A program made the position numbers and the translations under genes. DNA of 63,674 bases, the filler included, from Saprolegnia diclina VS20 (taxonomy: Eukaryota), in NCBI RefSeq assembly GCF_000281045.1. It is 6 parts of 5 records of this genome, joined end to end, with 100 filler letters (N's around TTAATTAATTAA, not from the genome) between each part and the next. Parts side by side here need not be neighbours in the genome. Positions count along the whole stretch, not along the records: positions 1 to 5,948 come from NW_008246226.1; positions 6,049 to 13,977 come from NW_008246227.1; 4 more parts are not named here. One strand, 5' to 3'. The first letter of the stretch is position 1; every line of letters starts with the position of its first letter. The notes under the pieces were generated by a model, which saw only the letters and a list, made by a program, of their open reading frames with translations, made no database searches and was not told the DNA's origin. Positions 1 through 12,570 of the stretch are shown piece after piece.

Positions 1-380
1 TTTTTCTATATTCAAACGCCATGAATGCGCGTTTGAATCGAGCAAACGTTGGGGACAAATTTTGTCCCCATCATTTGCTCGCTGAACATATACGGCACAG
101 CCTCCTAGTCGCTTCTGACCAGTTGCTACTACAGTGTATGTGCAGGTATCGAACCATGTCCCCATGCATAATAGGGCTACGTTTTGCAGCGGTGCGCAGG
201 ACTCGTCCTGTCCGGTTCTTTTGGTACAGTTCCGTCGCGTCACGTTAAATCACCGGACTGCTTGCAACTCAAAAACTGCTTTCACCTTGCAGTTCTAAAA
301 TTTCACACGGCAATGCGTCTGCCCACATGAAATCCCACATGGGTATTCGTAGCGTGTGAAATGCTTCCGTGTACTTGCCC

Positions 381-397
381 CTCAGTTGCCATTTTGC
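381..397 (+). promoter_or_regulatory. Oomycete INR/FPR core promoter of the kinase gene
   Basis: CTCAGTTGCCATTTTGC fits the oomycete initiator plus flanking motif (YCAYTY-N-MWTTTNC) and lies just upstream of the ATG at 413. Confidence 0.55.
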
Positions 398-412
398 TCA
401 CTGGCCTCCAAG

Positions 413-3135
413 ATGGGGTTGCTGCTTTTGCTGGTGCGAGAAGGGTTTACGTGATGACACTCAAACGACCTGCCGATGCTCTCTAGATTGCACTGGCCGT
501 CGACGCTGCCACAGGCCTCTGTGACAACGGCGCCATCAACGAATACTTTGCCACCGCGACGCGGGACGGTTGTCTTGGGAACAGTCCGTACTGCATTGTC
601 GACAAGAGATGCGGGGTACGTTGGTCGTCGATTCGAGAAAAATGAGATTTATATTGTAGACAACGACGTTTTACGAGGCGAGAAACTTTACCACCTTGGC
701 GCTGGGCAGCGACTTGCGCATTTACAGTACAAGCACAGTCAGCGGGGCTACAAAGGCTCATAAAACGGTGGCGTAGATGAGCCTGTCGATTACATTGCGA
801 GCCTCCCGAGCCTTTTTGCGAATCTCACAATGTACGTCACCTCGTACGCCATGACACATGAGGGTTCATCGACCTGCACAGCGCGTTTGACAACACCTCC
901 ATGCACGGCATTGGCGACCTCTCAACCTCGACCAACGTCAAGGCATTGTGGGAATGATGAATATATTGTCTGTGCTGACGAGATGCGCTAGGAGCATCTA
1001 CAACTACAATATGGCGATCAATACCTCCAACACCTCGTGGCCGCCCAAACTTGAAACTCTGTACGTGGTGACAATAATGTCGTCGTCGCAAACCTGTGTT
1101 GTTGGTATCAGGGAGCTTCGGGAGGCCAAATTCTCGACACTTCCCAACTTGGCGTCCATGCCGCAGCTTCTCTATCTGTACGTAGAACTATCTATCTATC
1201 CATCGTGGATACCACAAGTGTCGGTACGTAGGGACTTGCGAAACAATCTCTTTACGCGCCTCGAGAACCTCGATTTTCGAACCTTGCGACGCGCGTACAA
1301 ACCGAAATCGTCGCGCGCAAGCAGACAATATTGTGTTGCTTTCACTAGGAACTTTGACGACAATCCCATCACGACAATATCCAACGTCTCGCTGAGCAGT
1401 CCCGAGCATTTGACCACATTATTGTACGTTGTTCACACACATGCAAGACGTCACCAGTGCAAATGTAGCGGTCTCTCGGGCTGCAAGATTACGACGTTTC
1501 TCGTCGACCCAGACACATACACCGTGCTTCTCAATGAAAACAAGACGGTGGAGCTGCACAACAACGCCTTGGCGCCAACAATCGACGTCACGGGGACCTG
1601 CAAGGCGCCAAATAGCATCAAACCCATCATGCAGGGAGCCTACTCGGTGTGCGTGACGCCAGGTAGGCGATATTGTGCTTCGCGATTGTGCGCTGTAAGC
1701 ATCGTAGAGTCGATGCTGCCGCCACCACCGCCACCGACGACGGCACCGCCACCGACGACCGTTTCGCCGTCGTTGGCCGCGACAGGCGCGGATACGTCGT
1801 CCTCGCGCCTCGGCAGCGGGGAAATTGCTGGTATCGTCGTCGGTCTTGTCACTGTCGTCGCCTCCCTGGTCCTTTTCCTGGCTCGACGGCAGCGTCGACT
1901 GCAGCTGTGTGTAGTCCGCACTGGAAAAACTTGTGTCAACTTTGGCGGTGTTTTGTAGGTTACTGCTGGAGCGCAACGCGCAGTACCTCGACGTACACGC
2001 TGCATTGGACGCCGCGGCATTCAATACCTGTGCTTATCGTAGGCGCTGCAGATGCTGCGGCTCGACGAAGGGTCCCTTGTCAAGCTTCAGTTTGTCGCTG
2101 AGGGCGCGTTTGGTCAAGTGTCGAGAGGCACGTACAAAGGTTCGAGGCGCTTTGCACGCGCGTACCAATGCTATTTGGCTAGGAGAGCCTGTCGCGATCA
2201 AGAGCCTATTGCCAGGAAAGCACTCACAAGCCGACGTGGCCACCTTTGTTGCTGAGATTCAACTCGCTTCCATGTACCTCTCTCCGTGTACTAGTGCACA
2301 AACCCCACGGACTTGTCATACTGTAGGATGGAGAGCCCGTACATTGTCAAGCTACTGGGTGCGAGCTGGCGGACACCATCCGAGCTTGAGATGGTGCTCG
2401 AATGGATGGACAAGGGCGACCTCCGCGGCCTCTTGCAGGCCACCGCTCCGTCGGCACCGGACGACGCCGCCCACACCTTTTACTGGGACGAAAAAGCGGT
2501 GTGTATGTTGTCGATTGCCGAAGGGCTTGTCTACATGCACACAATGAACATCATCCACCGCGACCTCAAGTCAAGAAACATCCTCCTCGACTCGGTCAAG
2601 GTAGGGCGACCCGAAGAATGCATGTGTCGAGGGTTGGGGTAATTTAGGGTACCAAACTGACGGACTTTGGCGTCTCGAAAGAGATGACGACCGAGACCAT
2701 GACGATCGGCGTCGGCACGTACCGGTGGATGGTACGACCGACTCATCGACGCGAAACGCTCACGCAGGAATGCGTAGGCGCCCGAGGTCCTTCAAGAATG
2801 CTACTACTCGACGTCGGCCGACATTTACTCTTTCGGGATGGTGCTCTCGGAGCTCAGCACCCACGACATACCGTACGCCGACGTTCGCTCCGAGAATGGT
2901 ACAGTAATATCTTCTTACACAACTCAAATAACTATGTTTTTGCACAGGCCACCCGCTTGTGGACACGGCCATCATGTCGCGCGTGATCCAAGGGACCATC
3001 TCGCCATCGTTTGTGGCGTCAACACCAATGTGGGTGATCACACTGGCGCAATCCTGCCTCGCGTATGCGCCCGAGCACCGCCCGACAGCCATTGAGATCG
3101 CACACATTATTGAACGCCAAAGAAAGGTGTGCTAG
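413..3135 (+). CDS. LRR receptor-like TKL protein kinase (signal peptide, Cys-rich N-terminus, LRRs, Pro/Thr linker, TM helix, kinase); many introns
   Basis: Spliced MGLLLL|IALAVDAATGLC; LRR exons (DLRNNLFTRLENL, NFDDNPITTISN); TM IAGIVVGLVTVVASLVLFL; kinase motifs AEGAFGQV, VAIK, HRDLKSRNILL, TKLTDFGVS, GVGTYRWM|APE, DIYSFG; stop TAG at 3133-3135. Confidence 0.9.
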
Positions 3136-4406
3136 GACATTTGTAAACCAAATCCGAGACGCAGCTCACTCCCAACGACCAAGTGCTGGTGCCAACTCCC
3201 ACGCATTCAGGCGTAGCGCTACGTATGCAAAGTCTTTGTCATGAAGATAACGCGGAACACGTCATATAAATCCGAGAACTGCCGTTCGTCGCGACAAGAC
3301 GGACGCAATGAATCATTGTGCGGACCTGAGTGGACAGAAATCGCGAGCAAAAGTAAACGCTGCTACGATCGAGGCGCGAACCATGGTCGCTCGTCCGCAA
3401 CATCAGAGAGGTCGAGAAGTGTTATGACGAAATTGACGACCGAACGAAAGCGACGACCGCACGTCCTCCGCGTCGACTGCGAAGATCCAAGAAGAGAGTT
3501 TGCGATGCGACTGCACGTGGTTGCCAGGGCTCAAATGGCCACGAGCCATTGGGTACAGGAAGCGGCCATGAGCACGGGTGTGAAATGTGTGTTGACAAAT
3601 AAGAGTATGGGTACACAACCTTGCACATATTATGTGCAAGGTTGTGTACTTTATATATGCACCGTCGCGTTTTGCGCCAATCTACGTTCGTAGAACGTGA
3701 CGCCTCGAGACCCAACACCAGCCTCGAAATAGAAGTTTTGCATTATCGATGNNNNNNNNNNNNNNNNNNNNNNNNNNNNNNNNNNNNNNNNNNNNNNNNN
3801 NNNNNNNNNNNNNNNNNNNNNNNNNNNNNNNNNNNNNNNNNNNNNNNNNNNNNNNNNNNNNNNNNNNNNNNNNNNNNNNNNNNNNNNNNNNNNNNNNNNN
3901 NNNNNNNNNNNNNNNNNNNNNNNNNNNNNNNNNNNNNNNNNNNNNNNNNNNNNNNNNNNNNNNNNNNNNNNNNNNNNNNNNNNNNNNNNNNNNNNNNNNN
4001 NNNNNNNNNNNNNNNNNNNNNNNNNNNNNNNNNNNNNNNNNNNNNNNNNNNNNNNNNNNNNNNNNNNNNNNNNNNNNNNNNNNNNNNNNNNNNNNNNNNN
4101 NNNNNNNNNNNNNNNNNNNNNNNNNNNNNNNNNNNNNNNNNNNNNNNNNNNNNNNNNNNNNNNNNNNNNNNNNNNNNNNNNNNNNNNNNNNNNNNNNNNN
4201 NNNNNNNNNNNNNNNNNNNNNNNNNNNNNNNNNNNNNNNNNNNNNNNNNNNNNNNNNNNNNNNNNNNNNNNNNNNNNNNNNNNNNNNNNNNNNNNNNNNN
4301 NNNNNNNNNNNNNNNNNNNNNNNNNNNNNNNNNNNNNNNNNNNNNNNNNNNNNNNNNNNNNNNNNNNNNNNNNNNNNNNNNNNNNNNNNNNNNNNNNNNN
4401 NNNNNN

Positions 4407-5175
4407 AAGTTTGTCTACCGCATTGGCATCTCACTGCTGACGCTCCACCTCATGTGGACCAAATACTATGTGCACTGTCGGCAACTTGAGACGCTACTGC
4501 GCCGACGCGGCCACCGGACAAGCCTCAGCGTTCTGAGCCAATGGCGCTACGAGGTGCTCTACGGCGACCCGACCGCTATCATCCTCGTGCACCCCGGCGT
4601 CGCCACAGCCTTCTTCTTGGATTGTTGGTTTAGCGTCGAGATCATCTCGCTTGTCATTGCCCGCGCGTCGCAGAGTGCCGATGTCGGCGTGATGCTCTTG
4701 GCCTTCGCCTACCTCTCTCGAACCGTATGTTTCAACACATATGTTGACATTCTGATATCACGTTTTCTGATTCTGCGTAGGTCTGGTTTGCCTACGCTAG
4801 CGTGTGTTTGACTGCGAGTTTTCTCAAGCGACGCCACAAGGAGCACTTGTTTCACGAAGTGGACCCGACCATCGTTGCGGTGGCAGCGGCGTGTTACGGG
4901 CCCGCCGTGACGTGGGCCATGGGCAACGTCGGACCTCTTCTGGGCGCGTACCACTACCTCTTTGAGTTTACCCTTTCGGCGTCCAGAAGAGAATACGTTC
5001 TTGAAGGATCTGTCCCGTCCATGCTCTATTCAGTCAGTATTGGGTTCATTCCGCTCGCCTATGGCTTTGTGGGCGCGTTCTGTCGCCGCCACCGTACACG
5101 TCAGTTGCTCGTTCATCTTCTTCGACCTCTTCACTCCTACTGCTGAGAATAGAAAGCCGCCGAATCACAGCACAG
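4407..5175 (+). CDS. Partial multi-pass membrane protein of unknown function, copy 1 (gap-truncated, with introns)
   Basis: Hydrophobic exons (WRYEVLYGDPTAIILVHPGVATAFFLDCWFS...YLSRT|VWFAY...) joined across a GT-AG intron near 4725-4780; a paralogue follows. Confidence 0.65.
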
Positions 5176-5275
5176 NNNNNNNNNNNNNNNNNNNNNNNNN
5201 NNNNNNNNNNNNNNNNNNNNNNNNNNNNNNNNNNNNNNNNNNNNNNNNNNNNNNNNNNNNNNNNNNNNNNNNNNN

Positions 5276-5948
5276 GGTCACCGAGCCAATCTCTGCGCTC
5301 AGAGTCATTGGCGCTATGAAGTGCTCTACGGCGATCCGACCGCGATCATCCTCATGCACCCCGGCGTCGCCACGGCCTTCTTCGTGGACTGTTGGCTCAG
5401 CGCCGAGGTTATCTCTCTTGTCATACCCCGCGCGTCGCAAAGTGCCGATGTCGACGTGATGCTCCTCGCGTTCATGTATCTCTCTCGGACCGTACGTGCC
5501 ATCGGATGCGACATCAGATATCATTTTTCTGATTTCCGTCTGATTCTGCGTAGGTCTGGTTTGCCTACGCTACCGTGTGCTTGACCGCGAGTTATCTCAA
5601 GCGACATCACAAGGAGCACCTGTTTTACGAAGTAGACCCGACCATTATCGCGGTGGTGACGACTTTCTATGGTCCTGCCGTAACGTGGGCCATGGGCAAC
5701 GTCGGACCTCTTCTTGGCGCGTACCACTACCTCTTTGAGTTTACCCTTTCGGCGTCGAGAAGAGAGTACGTCGTTGAAGGCTCTGTCCCGTCCATGCTCT
5801 ATTCAGTCAGTATTGGGTTCATTCCGCTCGTCTATGGCTTTGTGGGCGCGTTGTGTCGCCGCCACCGTACACGTCAGTTGCTCGTTCATCTTCTTCGACC
5901 TCTTCACTCCTACTGCTGAGAATAGAAAGCCGCCGAATCACAGCACAG
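5276..5948 (+). CDS. Partial multi-pass membrane protein, copy 2 (tandem paralogue)
   Basis: Same exon structure and highly similar peptide (YEVLYGDPTAIILMHPGVATAFFVDCWLS); 3' part nearly identical to copy 1. Confidence 0.65.
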
Positions 5949-6048
5949 NNNNNNNNNNNNNNNNNNNNNNNNNNNNNNNNNNNNNNNNNNNNTTAATTAA
6001 TTAANNNNNNNNNNNNNNNNNNNNNNNNNNNNNNNNNNNNNNNNNNNN
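5949..6048. other. Artificial contig-joining spacer N44-TTAATTAATTAA-N44
   Basis: Palindromic 12-mer giving stops in all six frames, centred in an exactly 100-nt N block; occurs five times. Confidence 0.95.
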
Positions 6049-7224
6049 GCGAGCGCACCACAAGCCATCGCACTCTTTCTTCTGCAATGCTACAAGGCGC
6101 GGTACTGGCATCTGAGCAAAGTCGTCTTCTTGCACGTTCTCGCCGTGCTCTGCACCTCGCCAGAGATGAAACTTGCGATGGACGCCATCCATACCGCCCA
6201 CAGTACGTGCGCCAGCGCCATTTTGCCGCCGTGTTTGTGGCTACGCCATCCCAGTGCGTTTCGCCACCTCGTGCTGGGTCTGCGACAGCCCTCTCTAGTC
6301 ACTGTCGCCAAGTGTGCCCACGTGGTGGCTCAGATTCTAACAACCGCAACGACAGCAACGACCGTCAATGCGTTGGAGCTGCTGACGCAAGACACGATAG
6401 CAACGATGCACGCTGCGTTCTGGCGCTCGCACGACAGCTACAAAGCGAGCGTGCTGCTGGAGAGCATTTGTATGTCGTTGCACATGCTCGAAGTCCAAGC
6501 GCGGCGAAAGCTCGTTGGGAGCCTCGACACGAATGGCGCGCCACCGTTGAGCCTTCTCGGTCGCGTCAAAGCGTGCAGCGCCCACCTCTCGTCGAGCGTG
6601 AAATCGCTTGTCATTCGGTCCAAGAACTCGCTTCAAACCAGACTGTCGCACGATGCGAGCGGCGTTGATGCGACAGAAGAGACGACGCCGCCTTTCTCGT
6701 ATGGGCCGATCCAGCCGCCGACGCATTGCCGCCCGCCGCCACTGCTTGACGCAGCACCGTCTCTTCGCCGCATCAAATCGAACACCGGCATCGCCAAGGC
6801 TGTCGAACATAGCCGTGTGCTGCAAGAAGTACCGCATATTTTGATCCCGTCGCGCATCAAAGTCCTCAACTTTGTCACGCCAGCGATCCTTGTCGAGATC
6901 GAGCGACGCCAGGCGCTCCGAGACGAGTTCAAGACCGCGCTTCAGCGTGCGCTGGACACGAGTCGCCAGGATGTCAGGCGCGGTCCATCGGTGACCGACG
7001 TCGCACTGCGCCGGCGGCACACGAGCCAACGTAACCAGTTTCTCGTCTCGATCGCGACAAAGCTCTATACGAGCGCGGAAGAGTGCGCGATCGTCGAATT
7101 TGCTGCGACCGCGCTCGATCCCGAGGTTCAAGCTTTTTTCGAGCAGAACGTGCGACCTCTCGTTTCGCTGTTGCAGACGCCGCACCAAAGTCCGTGGCAC
7201 CGACTGCGATTTTGGCAACGCTAA
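6049..7224 (+). CDS. 5'-truncated hypothetical helical protein, paralogue of the C-terminal part of 8784-12425
   Basis: Long open frame; shares PSLRRIKSN..KAVEHSRVL.E.PHILIPS and EIERRQ.LRD....LQRALD..RQDVRRGPS blocks with two nearby sequences. Confidence 0.65.
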   Translation, partial: ASAPQAIALFLLQCYKARYWHLSKVVFLHVLAVLCTSPEMKLAMDAIHTAHSTCASAILPPCLWLRHPSAFRHLVLGLRQPSLVTVAKCAHVVAQILTTATTATTVNALELLTQDTIATMHAAFWRSHDSYKASVLLESICMSLHMLEVQARRKLVGSLDTNGAPPLSLLGRVKACSAHLSSSVKSLVIRSKNSLQTRLSHDASGVDATEETTPPFSYGPIQPPTHCRPPPLLDAAPSLRRIKSNTGIAKAVEHSRVLQEVPHILIPSRIKVLNFVTPAILVEIERRQALRDEFKTALQRALDTSRQDVRRGPSVTDVALRRRHTSQRNQFLVSIATKLYTSAEECAIVEFAATALDPEVQAFFEQNVRPLVSLLQTPHQSPWHRLRFWQR

Positions 7225-7353
7225 TACAAGCCAACTACAACGAGGAACGCTTGGAATCGACGGGGAACATGCTAGAGTCTTGGGAATATAGAGGTTCGTC
7301 CCCGAAGCTATAAACGTAGGTGGATAGTGGAGACGAAGAGGGCTCGTGTTGGC

Positions 7354-8776
7354 GTTTACCACCGCCCAACAAGGGGGTGGTGTGTGGTTCAACGAGCCTT
7401 GAGTAGCCAAGAGGTCTGGAGTTTGATGAGCAAATCGCAAATGAGCTGGGGCTGCAGGACTTCGTCTTGATGGTCGCTATAATAAGCAAGCTGGCTGTGC
7501 CGCTATCAAGGGTGAGATGGCGGGTCGGCAGCGCGGTTGACGCTTGGCCTTGTCCAAAACCAGAGCTTCACACGTTCCGCGAAGAAACTATTCCTTCTGG
7601 CGCCGCAAACCACCAGCCTCAACACAGACAGGCGTTATTGGTATGCACAGTGTCGATGGGGTGAGTGCAAGAGACGCCGAATGTGTCGGCGTCGCAAATT
7701 CGTGCCCACGGTTGACGACTCGCAATTGTGCCACCATCCATCGCATGGCCAATATTAATATAGCTGACGTGGCGCGCTCGCTTGTCAACGACCTGGTCAA
7801 CGACGAAGGTAGCGATCCTCGGCGATGAGATATCGTCTGCAACAGCTGCGTTTCGCCACCGTTGGCAGCCCAAATCGATGTAAACGAATGGCAAAACAAC
7901 GCCATGAAACATCCGGGCACGTACGGCTCGAATCCCAGTTTTATTCGCCCAAAACGTACTGTCAATTGAGTTTGGTCGACGCCACTGGTCGTCACGAGTG
8001 AATTCAAAAGCACTNNNNNNNNNNNNNNNNNNNNNNNNNNNNNNNNNNNNNNNNNNNNNNNNNNNNNNNNNNNNNNNNNNNNNNNNNNNNNNNNNNNNNN
8101 NNNNNNNNNNNNNNCGTTTACCACCGCCCAACAAGGGGGTGGTGTGTGGTTCAACGAGCCTTGAGTAGCCAAGAGGTCTGGAGTTTGATGAGCAAATCGC
8201 AAATGAGCTGGGGCTGCAGGACTTCGTCTTGATGGTCGCTATAATAAGCAAGCTGGCTGTGCCGCTATCAAGGGTGAGATGGCGGGTCGGCAGCGCGGTT
8301 GACGCTTGGCCTTGTCCAAAACCAGAGCTTCACACGTTCCGCGAAGAAACTATTCCTTCTGGCGCCGCAAACCACCAGCCTCAACACAGACAGGCGTTAT
8401 TGGTATGCACAGTGTCGATGGGGTGAGTGCAAGAGACGCCGAATGTGTCGGCGTCGCAAATTCGTGCCCACGGTTGACGACTCGCAATTGTGCCACCATC
8501 CATCGCATGGCCAATATTAATATAGCTGACGTGGCGCGCTCGCTTGTCAACGACCTGGTCAACGACGAAGGTAGCGATCCTCGGCGATGAGATATCGTCT
8601 GCAACAGCTGCGTTTCGCCACCGTTGGCAGCCCAAATCGATGTGAACGAATGGCAACAACAACGCCATGAAACATCCGGGCACGTACGGCTCGAATCCCA
8701 GTTTTATTCGCCCAAAACGTACTGTCAATTGAGTTTGGTCGACGCCACTGGTCGTCACGAGTGAATTCAAAAGCAC
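7354..8776. repeat. About 660-bp direct duplication across a 100-N gap (7354-8014 and 8115-8776); probably an unmerged allelic overlap
   Basis: Copies essentially identical apart from a substitution and a 1-nt indel (atgtaaacgaatggcaaaac vs atgtgaacgaatggcaacaac); copy 1 ends and copy 2 begins exactly at the gap. Confidence 0.85.
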
Positions 8777-8783
8777 TCAAACA

Positions 8784-11700
8784 TCACGTTGCGCTCGGTA
8801 AGGGACTCGGGAGGAAAGGGGTATCCCCGACATCCGAGATGGACGGACCGCGCTGGACATTCTGGCGCACTGCGTCCATCGCACGCTGCAGCGCGGCTCT
8901 CAAATGGTCCCGGATCACCTGGTGTCGCTCGATCTCGACGCGACTCGCCCGCGTGCCACAGCACCACCGTCTCATACGCGATCTGATCGATACATGCGGC
9001 GTCTCGTGCAGCAAAGCGCGGGTCTGCCCGACAGCCTTGGTCACCGCGGCTTTTGATAGTACGCGGCGGAGAGGCGACGTTGCTTCAAGCGATGACGGCG
9101 GATCATGCGCTGCAGGGTGGGCACTACCCACCGCCACGTTGACGTAGCTGATCAACGCGCAGTCTTCGGCGTCCATGCACATGGTCACGAGACTCTCAAT
9201 CTCACTGGTCGAAGCGACCGTGTCGGCGGCAATCTTGTGGAGCTTGGCATCGAACGCAGCGCGCACGAGGCGCCGGCGCTTGATCTCGGCCAGCACATCG
9301 GGGGGCACGAATGCAAACTGCTTGCCGCGTCCAGGCTGCGACGATGGGCCTTGGTGCTTGCCATCACCGTAAACGAGACGCTTGAAGTTGGCCGACGGAT
9401 CTTCTGGCGTTGTCTTCGAGGACGCTCGAATAGCTCCCTTTTTAGCAGGCGTGGTCGGCGTCGGTGGTGTCGCGGGCGAGACGGCAGGTACCACGCGGGA
9501 TGGCGCGTCAAAGCTCATACGCCGTGAATTTGACACTTGCGACGGGACATTCCGGATGACACCGACCACGCTATGCCGACGCGACGTCTCAGTGATGACG
9601 GGCGGCGGCATTTGCAAGAAAAGGCGCAGGCGTTTTGAGAGTGTGGCCTTGATTGCGTTGAACGATGCGCTGGACAGACGCCGCAGAAATCCGCTGGGTT
9701 TGCCTCGCGGGGCCGCAGCTGCCCGCTTGCGTTGATGTTCAATGCCCGACAGCACTAGGTACAGCTGCTCGAGTGCGTCGCTCACCGAGTAGTCGTCGGC
9801 CCAGCGCCGAAACGCACCAAGCAGCGCGGCCATGGCTTCGGGCGTCAGAAGCACGTAGACGTTGACACATGTGATTGTCGATGCTTGAACAAAGATGCGA
9901 TGAAGCGTCGTGGCACACTGAAGCACGGTCGTTTTGCTACTATGGCCCAAAGCCACCGCCAGTTGGTTCGTGAGCCGGGGCTGTGCGAGCCATCGTGTCA
10001 CGGGGAAGACCTCTTCGACCGCCCAAAGACTGTGGACTGCATCAATCACAACCTTGGGCTTTGGGGACGCGCAGAGCGTCGTGAGCACTTGGAGAAAGGT
10101 GGCTTTTGTCAGTCGCACGTAGCGCGACTTGTACCACTCGAGGAGGAACCGCGCGGCTTCGAGCTTGCCCACTTCATGACCCATGTCGTGCGTGAGCGTG
10201 AGCAGCGAGAGGCTCAGCTCATATAGCGCTTCCATGTGCTGGACAGCCGCGTCCGGTGACTCAGCTTTGGATATCCAGTGTTTGTGGCGTACAAGGATCA
10301 CGTGGTAGGTGGCCGTACTCGCCGTAGGCATTGTGCTGTTGATGCTCGGGCTCCCAACGCCTCGTAGACCTGTAGCGTCCGGCACGTCGTTCGTCAAGCC
10401 CACGCGCGACGTCGACTCGGAAAAGCGCGACGCGAGCCGCCAGATGGAGCTACTGATGGTGTTGCGGTGCTCGACCTCGTGCACCACGGCTAGTGTTTGA
10501 AAAGTATCAAGTTGATACAAACCATAAATCCATTCGCACCTTGAAGATCTTCGGCGCGAGACACTTTGACGCGTGACTCGAGTTTGACGTGGGCACTCGA
10601 CAAGCGAGGCAGCGAGATCGGGCGGTCCGGGTTGTTGCGGTCTTTGAGCCAGAGTTTGTGCGGCACGACGTCGCCGTCGTCGGGCTCGCCCACACAGCGC
10701 TTGCTTTTTCGAAAGCTCTAGACCATCGATCGTGATGTCGCTTGCCATCGCTAGCATCATGTACCTCAATGTAGCAAAACCACAGCGTCCGGATCGCGTA
10801 CAGGCGGCACATGGGGTCCGAGATGGACTTGCTGCGTGCAAACTTGTCGAGGCGCGAGATGATGGCTTCGCAGTCGTACTGGGGTACCTTGGCGGCGTCC
10901 ATGTAGAGCGCTGCGATCGCGCCGACGACATTGGCTTGCGCCGACGGCTCGTGGAGCAAGTCGGCGATCGAGAGGTCGGGAATATGGTACCGTCGCGCCC
11001 GCCGGTCGTTGATATACCACGACGCGACCCACACCAGCGGCAGCGGCGTGAGCGAGTAGTACAAGAGGCCGTGCGAGTCGGTGTGGTGGGAGCTGTTGGG
11101 ATTCAAAAGAAACGCAAGGACGCACAGCGTCGTGTAGATCGCGCTCGAGTACGTCAGCGTGCGAATGTTGTTGGGGACGCGGCCGCTTCCGATGCACTAC
11201 AAGCCAATATGTCATTCCTGTTGGATTGTGAAAGCGACGTCGTAGTCGGACGTACCGGCTGCGTCTGGTACGAGTAGATGAGCAACACGAGCATGCAGAG
11301 CAAGAGGCAAAGTGCGAGCACGATCGCACGCGACTTGTGTGTTTCCAAGTGCAGCGAGATGATGAGGATGATCAGGATCGGGTCGACTAGACACAGCACA
11401 TGTATTTGTGCGTAGGACCCATCAAGTTGCCGTACGTGTTCGCGCCATGACCATCGTGAGGTCGTACCCGCTCTGAAACCGGAAATCCATGGTCGTACTG
11501 AGCGGCTCCATGTACTTTTTGTAGTAGAGCGAGCTGAGGTACGTGCCGACAAAGCCAACGGTGCCAATGAACTAGTCAGACAGGCGTGTCAGTCGTCCTA
11601 AAGATGGACAAATTGTCTATAGTTGCGCACCCAAAAGTAGCCAAAGCGGTCGACGCACTCGCACGTCGCGCCGTCGGGCAACGGGATGCGGTAAAAGCCG

Positions 11701-12425
11701 TGGGGACACGTCATTTGATGCAGGAAGGCTGTCAAGATGGGAATGTACAACACATCCAGCAGCAAGGGACAAATAAAGTGCAGCAACAGATCGTGGCCTA
11801 CACACATCTTTGGTCGACCACAGCGACACCAATAGACAATCTGTACTGCGCCGCGTCTTGAGTCGCCGCAGCACGAGGGCGCCGAGAAGACCCAGCACAG
11901 CAAGCGCAAGAAATAGGACCTACGGTGCGTCAGGCAAAAGCGACACGGACAAGGCGTCGGACGTCGGTCACGGGGCTCACTCGCATCGCCAGCGTCTCGA
12001 CAACGTCTTCGATCTCGACGGCCCGGAACGCGATCGGAAGCGGCGCGTACGTGTACGCGGGCCACTCGGCCCACATACCGAGCAGTTTCATCGCACGAAG
12101 GAGCCACGGGCGCTTCTTGGACGTCGTTTTGCGCTGCGCCAATGCGATGGCCATGCCTACACCAGAGTACAGACAAAAAGTCGGTCGAATCGTCGTGCTA
12201 TGTGCGTGGTGTACCTTGCTCGAGGGGATCGTGGATCTTGGCGACGTCGAGTTCGAAATGGCGCGTCGTGGACGGGCCGTGGTGAAGCATGGCGGCCCCC
12301 AAGACGAGCCAGAGCAGCGTCACAAAGCCGATGGGGGCTTCCCAGAGCCACCCGTAGTTGCAAGGATTCCACTCTTCTTGCGTGCACGCAGCCGAGGCAT
12401 TCCAAAAGCAGCGCAGCTCTTCCAT
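8784..12425 (-). CDS. Large multi-exon hypothetical protein: N-terminal multi-pass membrane region plus long helical (ARM-like) cytoplasmic tail
   Basis: Exons MEELRCFWNASAACT..., LLDVLYIPILTAFL..TCPHG, LVDPILIILIISL..IVLALCLLLCMLVLLIYSY, TYSSAIYTTLCVLAFLL, then a long terminal exon ending at 8784. Confidence 0.7.
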
Positions 12426-12570
12426 GGACGACACGGCCGACCCTATGGAGTGCTAGCGATGAACGTTTTATAACCAGGCGCCGTGGTTTTATTATTGAAA
12501 TGCTATAAATAGCATCCTTCCCGAACCCGCCCCGCTTATCTGCCAATAAGAGTGCATGCAAAGTGTGGGC

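Noticed and set aside
5993..6004. Recurrent TTAATTAATTAA palindrome as a biological motif (piggyBac site, CRISPR-like repeat)
   Set aside because: Always centred in exactly 44+44 Ns, so it is a synthetic linker.
7354..8776. 660-bp tandem repeat with duplicated small ORFs as a repeat array or element
   Set aside because: The copies abut a 100-N gap and differ only by a substitution and a 1-nt indel, which fits an unmerged heterozygous overlap; the ORFs show no recognisable family.
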